DNA of 34,430 nucleotides from an uncultured Eubacteriales bacterium (GTDB lineage Bacteria > Acidobacteriota > Aminicenantia > Aminicenantales > Aminicenantaceae). This document shows, one piece after another, positions 27,664-34,430 of the stretch; position 1 is the stretch's first letter; each line of letters opens with the position of its first letter. Made by a program: the position numbers and the translations under genes. The DNA is taken from assembly GCA_964427225.1 (NCBI GenBank), contig CAYRTV010000001.1, forward strand, positions 1 to 34,430, written 5' to 3'. A model generated the notes under the pieces. The model made no database searches and was not told the DNA's origin. It was given only the letters and a program-made list of their open reading frames with translations.

Positions 27664-28036
27664 ATTCATAGCCGGACATCATACCTATTGGCTGATATTT
27701 ATTTTGATGCTGACCGGATTATACGGAATGGTCATGAAGAAAAATCTGGTGAAAAAAGTGATCGGACTGAGTATATTTCAAGTTGCCGTTATCCTCTTCT
27801 TTATCGCGGGAGCCTCCCGGTGGAATGCGGCGGTTCCGGTCTTAAAACACGGAGCGGAAACCATTCAGCCGTCACAGTATATGAATCCTCTTCCGCATAC
27901 CCTTATGCTGACTGCGATCGTTGTCGGAGTGGCCACAAGCGGTGTGGCTTTTGCTCTTATCATCACGATTTACCGCCGCTTCAAAACGCTGGAAGAACCT
28001 GAATTGCTGGAAAAGATGAAAAATGGTCGAAAGTAA
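27656..28036 (+). CDS. mrpC: Na+/H+ antiporter subunit C (MrpC/MnhC, NuoK-like; MbhG-like)
   Basis: MIEFIAGHHTYWLIFILMLTGLYGMVMKKNLVKKVIGLSIFQVAV is NuoK/MnhC-like. The ORF-track start at 27422 is an out-of-frame overlap with mrpB. ATG 27656 gives an ATGATTGA overlap. Confidence 0.82.
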   Translation: MIEFIAGHHTYWLIFILMLTGLYGMVMKKNLVKKVIGLSIFQVAVILFFIAGASRWNAAVPVLKHGAETIQPSQYMNPLPHTLMLTAIVVGVATSGVAFALIITIYRRFKTLEEPELLEKMKNGRK

Positions 28037-29513
28037 CGCACCTGCCCTGACCCCGCTGATATTCCTGTTCGGCGCAGTCATTATACCTCTGCTGGGATGG
28101 AAGTGGCAGCGGTCCGCCTACCCGTTGGCGCTGGCCTCTACCCTGGCTGCCGCCGGGGTATCCGCAGGCAATCTATTCAATGCTCTGGCTTCCGGAGCCA
28201 TACATTACCGGTTTGGGGGCTGGGCGGCTCCCATAGGAATTGAATATATATTGGATCCGTTGTCGGGATTCATGGCGGCGGTGGTTAATGGGATTTCCCT
28301 GGTGGTGATGATCCACGCCGGCGCCAATGCAGCCCGGGAAATCAGGCCGCATAAACGGGTGCCGTATTGGGCTCTCGTTATGCTGATGCTGTGCGGTTAC
28401 AACGGGATCATTATGACCGGCGATTTTTTTAATTTGTATGTCTTTTTAGAAATAAGTTCTCTGGCCTTGTACGGTCTGATTGCGGCCGGAGACCGGAAGT
28501 CTCCGGTGGCGGCTTTTCGGTATTTGATTATGGGAACGATGGGCGGATCTTTTTATCTGCTGGGGAACGGGTTTTTGTATTTCACCACCGGCTCCCTGAA
28601 CATGCTCGACGTGAAGAGTATTGTGCCGGAATTGGGCGCCCAACCCGGTATTTTAGCCGGGCTGGCGTTCATGGTGATTGGATTCGGTATTAAAATGGCC
28701 ATGTTTCCTCTGCACTTGTGGCTGCCGGATGCGTATACCCATGCCCCTTCTCCCACTTCTTCCCTGATGGCGCCGGTTGGGATCAAGATCGGGGCATATG
28801 GCTTGATCCGGGTGCTGTTCTTTGTGTTCGGACTGACATTCATCACCAGGATTTTTCCGGTAACGGAGATTGTGAGCTGGCTGTCTGCGGCCGGTATTGT
28901 TTATGGATCTATTTTAGCGATGTCTCAGACCGAGCTGAAGCGAATGCTGGCCTACAGCAGTGTTTCTCAGATCGGTTATGTCGGGTTGGGTATTGGATTG
29001 GCTAATCCTATGGGAATGGCGGGTGCATTGCTGCATGTGCTTAACCACGGACTGATGAAGGCCTGCCTGTTTTTGGTGGCCGGCAATTTCCGGACAAAAC
29101 TGGGGCATTCCAATATTGCTAAATTTGATTTCAATGTCCGCAGGAGGATGCCCTGGACCACAGCTGCTTTTACCGTGGGGGCGATGGCGATGATCGGAAT
29201 TCCGCCGACGGTGGGTTTTTTCAGCAAATGGTATCTGGCTCTGGGTACTATTGCGGATAAAAAATGGTTTTTTCTGGGAGTCATCTTATTGAGCAGCTTG
29301 TTGAATGCGGTTTATTTTTTCCGGGTGATTGAGAAGATTTATTTAACCCCGGCTGCTGAATCCGGGCAGGACTCAGGCCATAAAGACGTGGGTGCGGCCA
29401 TGCTGGTCCCCACTCTGATTTTTGCTGCGTCTTTAATCCTTATCGGGCTGTTGAATGCAGTGGTTGTGAACCATGTCATTATGACCATTATATCTCCGGA
29501 GATTTGGCCATGA
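28023..29513 (+). CDS. mrpD: Antiporter-like pump subunit, MrpD/NuoN-M family (copy 1)
   Basis: 496 aa, about 14 TM helices. Contains the motifs FPLHLWLPDAYTHAPSPTSSLMA, MLAYSSVSQIGY and LLHVLNHGLMKACLF of the proton-conducting membrane transporter family. Confidence 0.88.
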   Translation: MVESNAPALTPLIFLFGAVIIPLLGWKWQRSAYPLALASTLAAAGVSAGNLFNALASGAIHYRFGGWAAPIGIEYILDPLSGFMAAVVNGISLVVMIHAGANAAREIRPHKRVPYWALVMLMLCGYNGIIMTGDFFNLYVFLEISSLALYGLIAAGDRKSPVAAFRYLIMGTMGGSFYLLGNGFLYFTTGSLNMLDVKSIVPELGAQPGILAGLAFMVIGFGIKMAMFPLHLWLPDAYTHAPSPTSSLMAPVGIKIGAYGLIRVLFFVFGLTFITRIFPVTEIVSWLSAAGIVYGSILAMSQTELKRMLAYSSVSQIGYVGLGIGLANPMGMAGALLHVLNHGLMKACLFLVAGNFRTKLGHSNIAKFDFNVRRRMPWTTAAFTVGAMAMIGIPPTVGFFSKWYLALGTIADKKWFFLGVILLSSLLNAVYFFRVIEKIYLTPAAESGQDSGHKDVGAAMLVPTLIFAASLILIGLLNAVVVNHVIMTIISPEIWP

Positions 29514-31012
29514 TTCCCTGGGACGTTTATCAATCCTGGATCCCTTTGTATGCTGTGCTGGTGTCTCCGGCTGCCGTTCCCTTCATCCTCTTTTTCCGCC
29601 GCCGGCCGAATCTGCGCGAGTTTTGGACGCTGACAGCCGGGATTGTGAAGTTCAGTCTGATCATGTCTTTGCTGCCCGGTGCCCTCCAGAACCGGGCTGC
29701 TTCGCTTGAATTATTTGAAATAATTCCGGGCGTCAATTTGGCTCTGCGGGCGGACCCGCTGGGCGTTTTCTTCGCTTTGATTGCCTCCGGCCTTTGGATA
29801 TTAACTTCACTTTATTCCATTGGTTATGTCCGTGGCTTAAAGGAACACAAGCAAACCCGTTATTTTTCTTATTTCGCGGTATGCCTCAGCGCTACAATCG
29901 GTATTGCCTTTTCCGCTAATTTACTGACTTTTGTCATATTCTACGAGATCTTAACGATAGCCACCTATCCTTTGGTTATCCATAAAGAGACAAGAAAAGC
30001 GGTCAAAGCCGGCAGGAAATATCTGGCCTATACTTTAAGCGCGGGAGTGGTGCTGCTGGCCGCTGCCGCGTGGACCTATCATCTGGCCGCCAGCCTGGAC
30101 TTTATTCCGGGTGGACTTTTGCAAAACATTCCGGCCGGAAGAGGAGTTATCCGTCCGCTGTTTCTGCTTTTTCTGGCCGGGGTGGGTGTTAAAGCTTCAA
30201 TTATGCCGCTTCATTCCTGGCTGCCGACAGCCATGGCTGCTCCCACACCTGTCAGCGCTCTGCTGCACGCCGTTGCTGTCGTAAAATCAGGTGTTTTTGG
30301 AGTTATCCGGGTGGCTTTGTTTGTCTTCGGTTCGGAATTAATGCACCGGTTTGATTTAGGCATGGTTTTGATAATACTGGCATCCTTCACGATTTTAATG
30401 GGATCATTTTTGGCTCTGAAACAGGATAATCTCAAGCGCCGGCTGGCATACTCAACCGTGGCTCATTTGTCTTATATTGTTTTGGGGGTGGGATTAGCGG
30501 GATCGGCGGCTCTCCTGGGCAGCCTGCTGCATATTGCTTTTCATGCCACTATGAAGATCACCTTGTTTTTTTGTGCCGGTGCCATTTATGTCAATCTGCA
30601 TAAAGAAAAGATCAGTGAATTAGACGGGATTGGAAAAGTGATGCCTTGGACCATGGCGGCCTTCGGGATTGGATCAGTCGGATTAGCCGGAATACCTCCT
30701 GTAAACGGATTTGTGAGCAAGTGGTTTCTCGGTTCCGGTGCCGCAGCTTCCGGATATCCGGTTATATTAGCCGTGCTGGTCCTTAGCGGAATATTAAACG
30801 CCGCCTATTTTTTTCCTATCCTTCACCGGGCTTTTTTCCGCAAGGGAAAACATTTGGCGGGGCATAAGGAAGCCTCTCCACTCATGGTTCTGCCGTTGGT
30901 TGTAACAGCGCTGTTATCCCTCGCTTTGGGGATCTATCCGGATCTGCTGCTGAAAATTTTTCGATTAGCCGTAACGGCGGTGTCCGGTCTTTTTGAAGGG
31001 GGGATGCTGTGA
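29510..31012 (+). CDS. mrpD: Antiporter-like pump subunit, MrpD/NuoM-N family (copy 2)
   Basis: MPLHSWLPTAMAAPTPVSALLHA, RLAYSTVAHLSYIV and HIAFHATMKITLFFCAG motifs. ATG 29510 overlaps the previous stop as ATGA. The ORF track uses TTG 29504. Confidence 0.88.
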   Translation: MIPWDVYQSWIPLYAVLVSPAAVPFILFFRRRPNLREFWTLTAGIVKFSLIMSLLPGALQNRAASLELFEIIPGVNLALRADPLGVFFALIASGLWILTSLYSIGYVRGLKEHKQTRYFSYFAVCLSATIGIAFSANLLTFVIFYEILTIATYPLVIHKETRKAVKAGRKYLAYTLSAGVVLLAAAAWTYHLAASLDFIPGGLLQNIPAGRGVIRPLFLLFLAGVGVKASIMPLHSWLPTAMAAPTPVSALLHAVAVVKSGVFGVIRVALFVFGSELMHRFDLGMVLIILASFTILMGSFLALKQDNLKRRLAYSTVAHLSYIVLGVGLAGSAALLGSLLHIAFHATMKITLFFCAGAIYVNLHKEKISELDGIGKVMPWTMAAFGIGSVGLAGIPPVNGFVSKWFLGSGAAASGYPVILAVLVLSGILNAAYFFPILHRAFFRKGKHLAGHKEASPLMVLPLVVTALLSLALGIYPDLLLKIFRLAVTAVSGLFEGGML

Positions 31013-31221
31013 AAAAAACCATTCTGCCGGCAGGAATTTTAATTTTATCTTTGGCCGCTGAATTCGGATGGGTCCGTCCTCACGGCCCACATCATCCCTG
31101 GGATGCGATTCCGGGATTTTATGTTTTATTTGGATTTGCCGGAGCCGCGATACTGGCTGCCGCCGCTAAATGGCTGGGAAAAAAACTGTTATTGAAAGAT
31201 GAGGATTATTATGACCGCTGA
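31009..31221 (+). CDS. Small 2-TM membrane protein of unknown function, embedded between pump subunits
   Basis: 70 aa with two hydrophobic helices flanking HGPHHPWDAIPG. GTGA overlap with the upstream stop, and it overlaps the downstream start. No family recognised. Confidence 0.6.
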   Translation: MKKTILPAGILILSLAAEFGWVRPHGPHHPWDAIPGFYVLFGFAGAAILAAAAKWLGKKLLLKDEDYYDR

Positions 31222-32935
31222 TTTTGTTTTTCCTCCCTCGCTCTGGCTGTTGGCCGGAGTGGTCTTCACTCCTTTTCTTTCCCGGCGCTGGCGGCCTTGG
31301 GCTTTGCTGTTGTTTCCTCTAGGCGCGGTTCTTTATATCTGGCAGCTTCCTGAAGGAGCCGTGCTGGAAGCGGCCATGCTGAACACCCAGTTGGTGCTCT
31401 GCAGGGTGGATGCGCTCAGCCGGGTTTTTGGTCTGATTTTTTCATTTATTGCCTTCGCCGGGATGATTTATGGATTCCATGTCAGAGAAACCGCGCATCA
31501 GTGCGCCGGCTTGCTCTATGCATCCGGTGCTTTAGGGGTCGCATTTGCCGGCGATTTTTTTACTTTGTTTGTATTTTGGGAAATGATGGCGGTTGCCTCA
31601 ACCTATCTGATTTGGGCCCGCCGGACCCCATCTTCCCGGAGGGCGGGAACCCGCTACATCCTTTACCATGTGTTCGGCGGAGGCGTATTATTTTCCGGGA
31701 TCTTGCTGTATTTAAATCAAACCGGCGGACTGGCTGTGACGGAACTGGCTGCAGCCTCCGGCCCGGCTGTTTGGCTGATGCTGGCCGGTGTTGCTGTTAA
31801 TGCAGCTGTACTGCCTCTTCATACCTGGCTGCCGGATGCCTATCCCCGCGCAACCGTGACCGGTGCGGTTTTCCTCAGTGCTTTCACCACCAAAACCGCC
31901 GTGTATGTCCTGCTCCGTGTTTTTCCGGGATGGGAGATTCTGTTGTGGTTGGGCGTGGCCATGACCTTGTACGGAGTTCTTTTCGCTATCCTGTCCAATG
32001 ATATCCGACGGATTCTGGCCTATCATATTATCAGTCAGGTCGGATACATGGTGGCGGGAGCAGGATTAGGCACGGAAATGGGCGTTAACGGTTCAGCCGC
32101 CCATGCATTCAGCCACATTCTTTATAAGGCTTTGCTTTTTATGGGAACGGGAGCAGTTTTATATGCCACGGGCAAGAGTAAATTGACGGAATTGGGAGGA
32201 CTACATCGCTCTTTAAAGCCGGTTTTGATTTTCTATATGATCGCCGCTTTTTCCATTTCCGGCTTTCCGCTTTTCAATGGCTTTGTCAGCAAATCCATGG
32301 TGGTGAGTGCAGCCGGTCATGCGCATCAGGAAGCAGCGATGCTTCTGCTGCTGCTGGCTTCGGTCGGCACCTTTCTTTCCGTGGGCTTGAAGCTGCCTTA
32401 TTTCACCTGGTTTGGAGCATCCCGGAGAATCAAGATCACGCCGGTCCCTAAAAACATGTACTTGGGCATGGGTTTGGTCGGTGCGGTGTGCTTTTTCCAC
32501 GGAGTAAATCCTGGCCATTTATATCGCCTGATGCCGCATACGGTCCATTTTCAGCCGTATTCAATCGCCCATTTAGTCGAAACGACTCAAATCCTGGTGT
32601 TGACTTTTATTGTATTTTGGCTGCTGCGGAAAAAATTGCAGCCGCAAGCTCACACTCTCCTTGATTTGGATTGGTTTTACCGCCGTCCGGCCTGGATGTT
32701 CCGGAAAATGTTTGTGGATATTCCCGCTTCATTCTATTCCCGCACAGACACTTGGGCCAAGGAGGCTGTTTCGCTTCTGACCGTCTGGGTAAGCAATCCC
32801 CTGATTTTGTTCGGTTCATCCGCTGCGGATTATAAACCCGGCCGGTACCGCCCCGCAATTCAGATTATGCTGGGTGCTGTTTTGATTATGGCGGTGATTT
32901 TTACCGTGATCGGGTGGGGGACCGGGGATTTTTAA
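31211..32935 (+). CDS. Antiporter-like pump subunit (copy 3) with a C-terminal extension, NuoL/MrpA-N-terminal-like
   Basis: LPLHTWLPDAYPRATVTGAVFLSAFTTK, ILAYHIISQVGYMV and AHAFSHILYKALLFMGTG motifs. An extra ~100 aa follows: a charged, amphipathic stretch, then a final TM helix. ATG 31211 has GAGGA 5 nt upstream. The ORF track uses ATG 31199. Confidence 0.85.
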   Translation: MTADFVFPPSLWLLAGVVFTPFLSRRWRPWALLLFPLGAVLYIWQLPEGAVLEAAMLNTQLVLCRVDALSRVFGLIFSFIAFAGMIYGFHVRETAHQCAGLLYASGALGVAFAGDFFTLFVFWEMMAVASTYLIWARRTPSSRRAGTRYILYHVFGGGVLFSGILLYLNQTGGLAVTELAAASGPAVWLMLAGVAVNAAVLPLHTWLPDAYPRATVTGAVFLSAFTTKTAVYVLLRVFPGWEILLWLGVAMTLYGVLFAILSNDIRRILAYHIISQVGYMVAGAGLGTEMGVNGSAAHAFSHILYKALLFMGTGAVLYATGKSKLTELGGLHRSLKPVLIFYMIAAFSISGFPLFNGFVSKSMVVSAAGHAHQEAAMLLLLLASVGTFLSVGLKLPYFTWFGASRRIKITPVPKNMYLGMGLVGAVCFFHGVNPGHLYRLMPHTVHFQPYSIAHLVETTQILVLTFIVFWLLRKKLQPQAHTLLDLDWFYRRPAWMFRKMFVDIPASFYSRTDTWAKEAVSLLTVWVSNPLILFGSSAADYKPGRYRPAIQIMLGAVLIMAVIFTVIGWGTGDF

Positions 32936-33097
32936 CCGGCAGGCGGCGCTATTCATTACGCTTGCGTTTAAAGTGACACTAAATGCCATACTCGAAGCGG
33001 AGCGGCATGCGGAGTTACACAGACAGCGTGTGAACCAGCAGCCGAATAATTCTAATAAACGGAAAAGATTTAGAATGCATATATAGAGAGAAAAGTC

Positions 33098-33125
33098 TTG
33101 ACTATTACATAATATATATTATAAT
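33098..33125 (+). promoter_or_regulatory. Near-consensus sigma70-type promoter
   Basis: TTGACT (33098-33103), 16-nt AT-rich spacer, TATAAT (33120-33125), directly upstream of the DUF6132-like and FmdB gene pair. Confidence 0.5.
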
Positions 33126-33160
33126 ATGCTAATATCATGAGTAAAAGAAAGAGGAAAACC

Positions 33161-33328
33161 ATGATTTTGATCACGATCGCGGGTATGGTTGTAGGCGGGA
33201 TCGCCGGGTTTTTGTTTTATAAATTCATCGGATGCACCACAGGTTACTGCCCTATCACCAGGAATCCCTATTTAAGTACCATTTACGGGATGGCGCTTGG
33301 TTTTCTTGTGACGCGTGCTTTTTTTTAA
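33161..33328 (+). CDS. DUF6132-like small membrane protein
   Basis: IGCTTGYCPITRNPYLSTIYGMALG matches the G-C-x-x-G-x-C-P-I core of DUF6132-type small proteins. ATG 33161 has GAGGA 5-6 nt upstream. The ORF-track ATG at 33137 lies only 12 nt after the -10 box. Confidence 0.65.
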   Translation: MILITIAGMVVGGIAGFLFYKFIGCTTGYCPITRNPYLSTIYGMALGFLVTRAFF

Positions 33329-33351
33329 TGCCAGATAACAAGGAGACAAAA

Positions 33352-33561
33352 ATGCCGATATATTCCTACCAATGCAAAAAATGTCAACATGCCTTTGAAC
33401 ACTTAGTGGGTGTTACGGCCAAAGGGGAAGACATCTGTTGTCCGCAATGCGGTCATACAGATCTGGAAAAGAAAATCAGCGGATTTTCCGTCGGCTCAGC
33501 ACCGGTTAAATCGTCTGCCGGAGGGTCCTGTTCGAGTGGCGGGTGCTGCCCCACCTGCTGA
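33352..33561 (+). CDS. FmdB-family zinc-ribbon protein (CxxC_CxxC_SSSS type)
   Basis: MPIYSYQCKKCQHAFE...CPQCGH is the canonical FmdB N-terminus. The tail is Cys/Gly/Ser-rich (GGSCSSGGCCPTC). SD AAGGAG lies 6 nt upstream of ATG 33352. The ORF-track start at 33232 overlaps the previous gene. Confidence 0.85.
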   Translation: MPIYSYQCKKCQHAFEHLVGVTAKGEDICCPQCGHTDLEKKISGFSVGSAPVKSSAGGSCSSGGCCPTC

Positions 33562-33576
33562 ATTTGAGTTGTCGCC

Positions 33577-33613
33577 GCCATTGGCTTCGGAGAGAATCCA
33601 ATGGCCGCTTTTG
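33577..33613 (+). terminator. Candidate intrinsic terminator after the FmdB-family gene
   Basis: Perfect 8-bp inverted repeat GCCATTGG (33577-33584) / CCAATGGC (33598-33605) with a 13-nt loop, followed by CGCTTTTG. The loop is long and the U-tract short. Confidence 0.35.
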
Positions 33614-33620
33614 AGCACGC

Positions 33621-33810
33621 TGTCATCCTGAGCGAAGCGAAGGATCTCACACTGCTTCGTTTCCCCAGCCCGACCTCTCTGCATAATAAGAGCGGAAGCC
33701 GTGCCTGATGCCGCGGAGGCGGATGCGATTCATTCCGCGAGGCAGTCTAAGATCCACACGGCCGTTGCCGCAGCCTGGGGATGACATGTGTATGTTGCCG
33801 CGGGCCTGTG
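33621..33810. repeat. Copy of a dispersed TGTCATCC-type intergenic repeat with inverted termini
   Basis: TGTCATCCTGAGCGAAGCGAAGGATCTC begins at 33621. The inverted GGATGACA lies at 33779-33786, followed by TGTGTATGTTGCCGCGGGCC, which is shared with 5018-5038. It produces the spurious ORFs ..VILSEAKDL.. and ..LRFAQDD.. Confidence 0.55.
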
Positions 33811-33819
33811 ATTTGTTGT

Positions 33820-33847
33820 TTGAGATTTGCCGGCATTAAGCTATAAT
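33820..33847 (+). promoter_or_regulatory. Candidate sigma70-type promoter of the patatin-like gene
   Basis: TTGAGA (33820-33825), 16-nt spacer, TATAAT (33842-33847). The ATG lies only 8 nt downstream, and no SD is present. Confidence 0.4.
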
Positions 33848-33855
33848 GAACTCCC

Positions 33856-34430
33856 ATGGCTGATAACAAAATCGGACTCGCCCTCGGCAGCGGTGCTGTC
33901 CGGGGATATGCACTTATTCCGGTGATTCAAATGCTCGCTGAGAGGAAAATACAGGTTTCCGCAGTCTCCGGTTCCAGCATTGGGGCTTTGATCGGCGCCT
34001 ATTTTGCTCTGCATGGAGAAGTTGATTCCCTCCAAAAAGTTATTGCCGGAATGAAGAAGAATGATTTCATAAAACTGGCGGATCCGAATAATCCCAAAAT
34101 ATCGCTGATCAAAGGCAAGAAAATCAAAACATTTTTGCAGGACGAATTCTTCGGGGATAAAACTTTTGCCGATTGCGGAATTTCTTTGGTCATATGTACG
34201 ACCGATTTTGTCAAGAAAAAGCCGGTTTTTCTGCGCCGCGGCAAAATCATTGACGCCGTGATGGCATCCGTGTCCCTGCCCGGAATCTTTCCGCCGTATG
34301 AAATGGATAACGGTTCTTTTGTAGATGGGGGCGTTATGGAGCCGGTTCCGGTCAAACCGCTGGCGGATGACGGGATAAAAATAATACTGGCCTTAAATTT
34401 AATGGGATATGATTTGGATCACAAACGGCC
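33856..34430 (+). CDS. Patatin-like phospholipase (RssA-like); C-terminus truncated by the window edge
   Basis: Absent from the ORF track because it runs off the window. It translates without stops to MADNKIGLALGSGAVRGYALIPV...AVSGSSIGALIGAYFA...SFVDGGV. This carries the oxyanion GxGxxG motif, the GxSxG nucleophile and the DGG catalytic Asp motif. Confidence 0.85.
   Translation, partial: MADNKIGLALGSGAVRGYALIPVIQMLAERKIQVSAVSGSSIGALIGAYFALHGEVDSLQKVIAGMKKNDFIKLADPNNPKISLIKGKKIKTFLQDEFFGDKTFADCGISLVICTTDFVKKKPVFLRRGKIIDAVMASVSLPGIFPPYEMDNGSFVDGGVMEPVPVKPLADDGIKIILALNLMGYDLDHKR

Noticed and set aside
33232-33351. N-terminal extension of the 109-aa track ORF
   Set aside because: It overlaps the DUF6132-like gene out of frame. 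The FmdB family starts with MPxYxYxC, and ATG 33352 has its own AAGGAG.
33410-33684. Three small ORFs (73 aa on the plus strand, 65 and 62 aa on the minus strand) in the spacer after the FmdB gene
   Set aside because: They read through the terminator hairpin and the TGTCATCC-type repeat, giving the peptides SLRMT and LRFAQDD. These are repeat-derived pseudo-ORFs, not genes.
1-34430. Search for CRISPR arrays, tRNA or rRNA genes, transposases or integrases, toxin-antitoxin pairs and classical defence-system genes
   Set aside because: I recognised none. Every long ORF has a metabolic, transport or envelope assignment. The only repeats are the short TGTCATCC-type intergenic elements.

Overview
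This window looks like chromosomal DNA from an unidentified bacterium, about 48% GC by eye. I recognised no rRNA, tRNA, CRISPR array, transposase or integrase. It has four blocks. (1) 1-4922, minus strand: genes for secreted and membrane proteins, including a DUF2752 protein. The block ends in an alpha/beta hydrolase that appears split from its own N-terminal membrane domain at an A7 run. (2) 5136-23705, plus strand: a MaoC-like dehydratase, then a tightly coupled array of nine genes (about 18 kb) for alpha-glucan and trehalose metabolism. The order is glgE, treS-pep2 fusion, glgB, a small winged-helix gene, treZ, a GH57/DUF3536 enzyme, treY, malQ and a short glgP-type phosphorylase. A lipoprotein amidase converges on this array from the minus strand. 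(3) 25518-32935, plus strand: an 11-gene Mrp-type cation/proton antiporter cluster in the gene order of the Mbh/Mbx membrane arm (E-F-G-DUF4040-B'-B-C-D-D-small-D/A-like). It has three antiporter-like pump subunits and no redox module. (4) 33098-34430: a near-consensus promoter driving two small Cys-rich proteins (DUF6132-like and an FmdB zinc ribbon), a repeat-rich spacer, and a patatin-like phospholipase that may be leaderless and is cut by the window edge. I see no classical defence or mobile island. The items most worth a second look are the -1 slippery-site split of the hydrolase, the stand-alone three-pump Mrp arm with an orphan 70-aa subunit, the GH57 enzyme in the usual TreX position, the winged-helix gene embedded in the glucan operon, and a dispersed TGTCATCC-type intergenic repeat. 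All functional calls come from motif recognition by eye; no searches were run.
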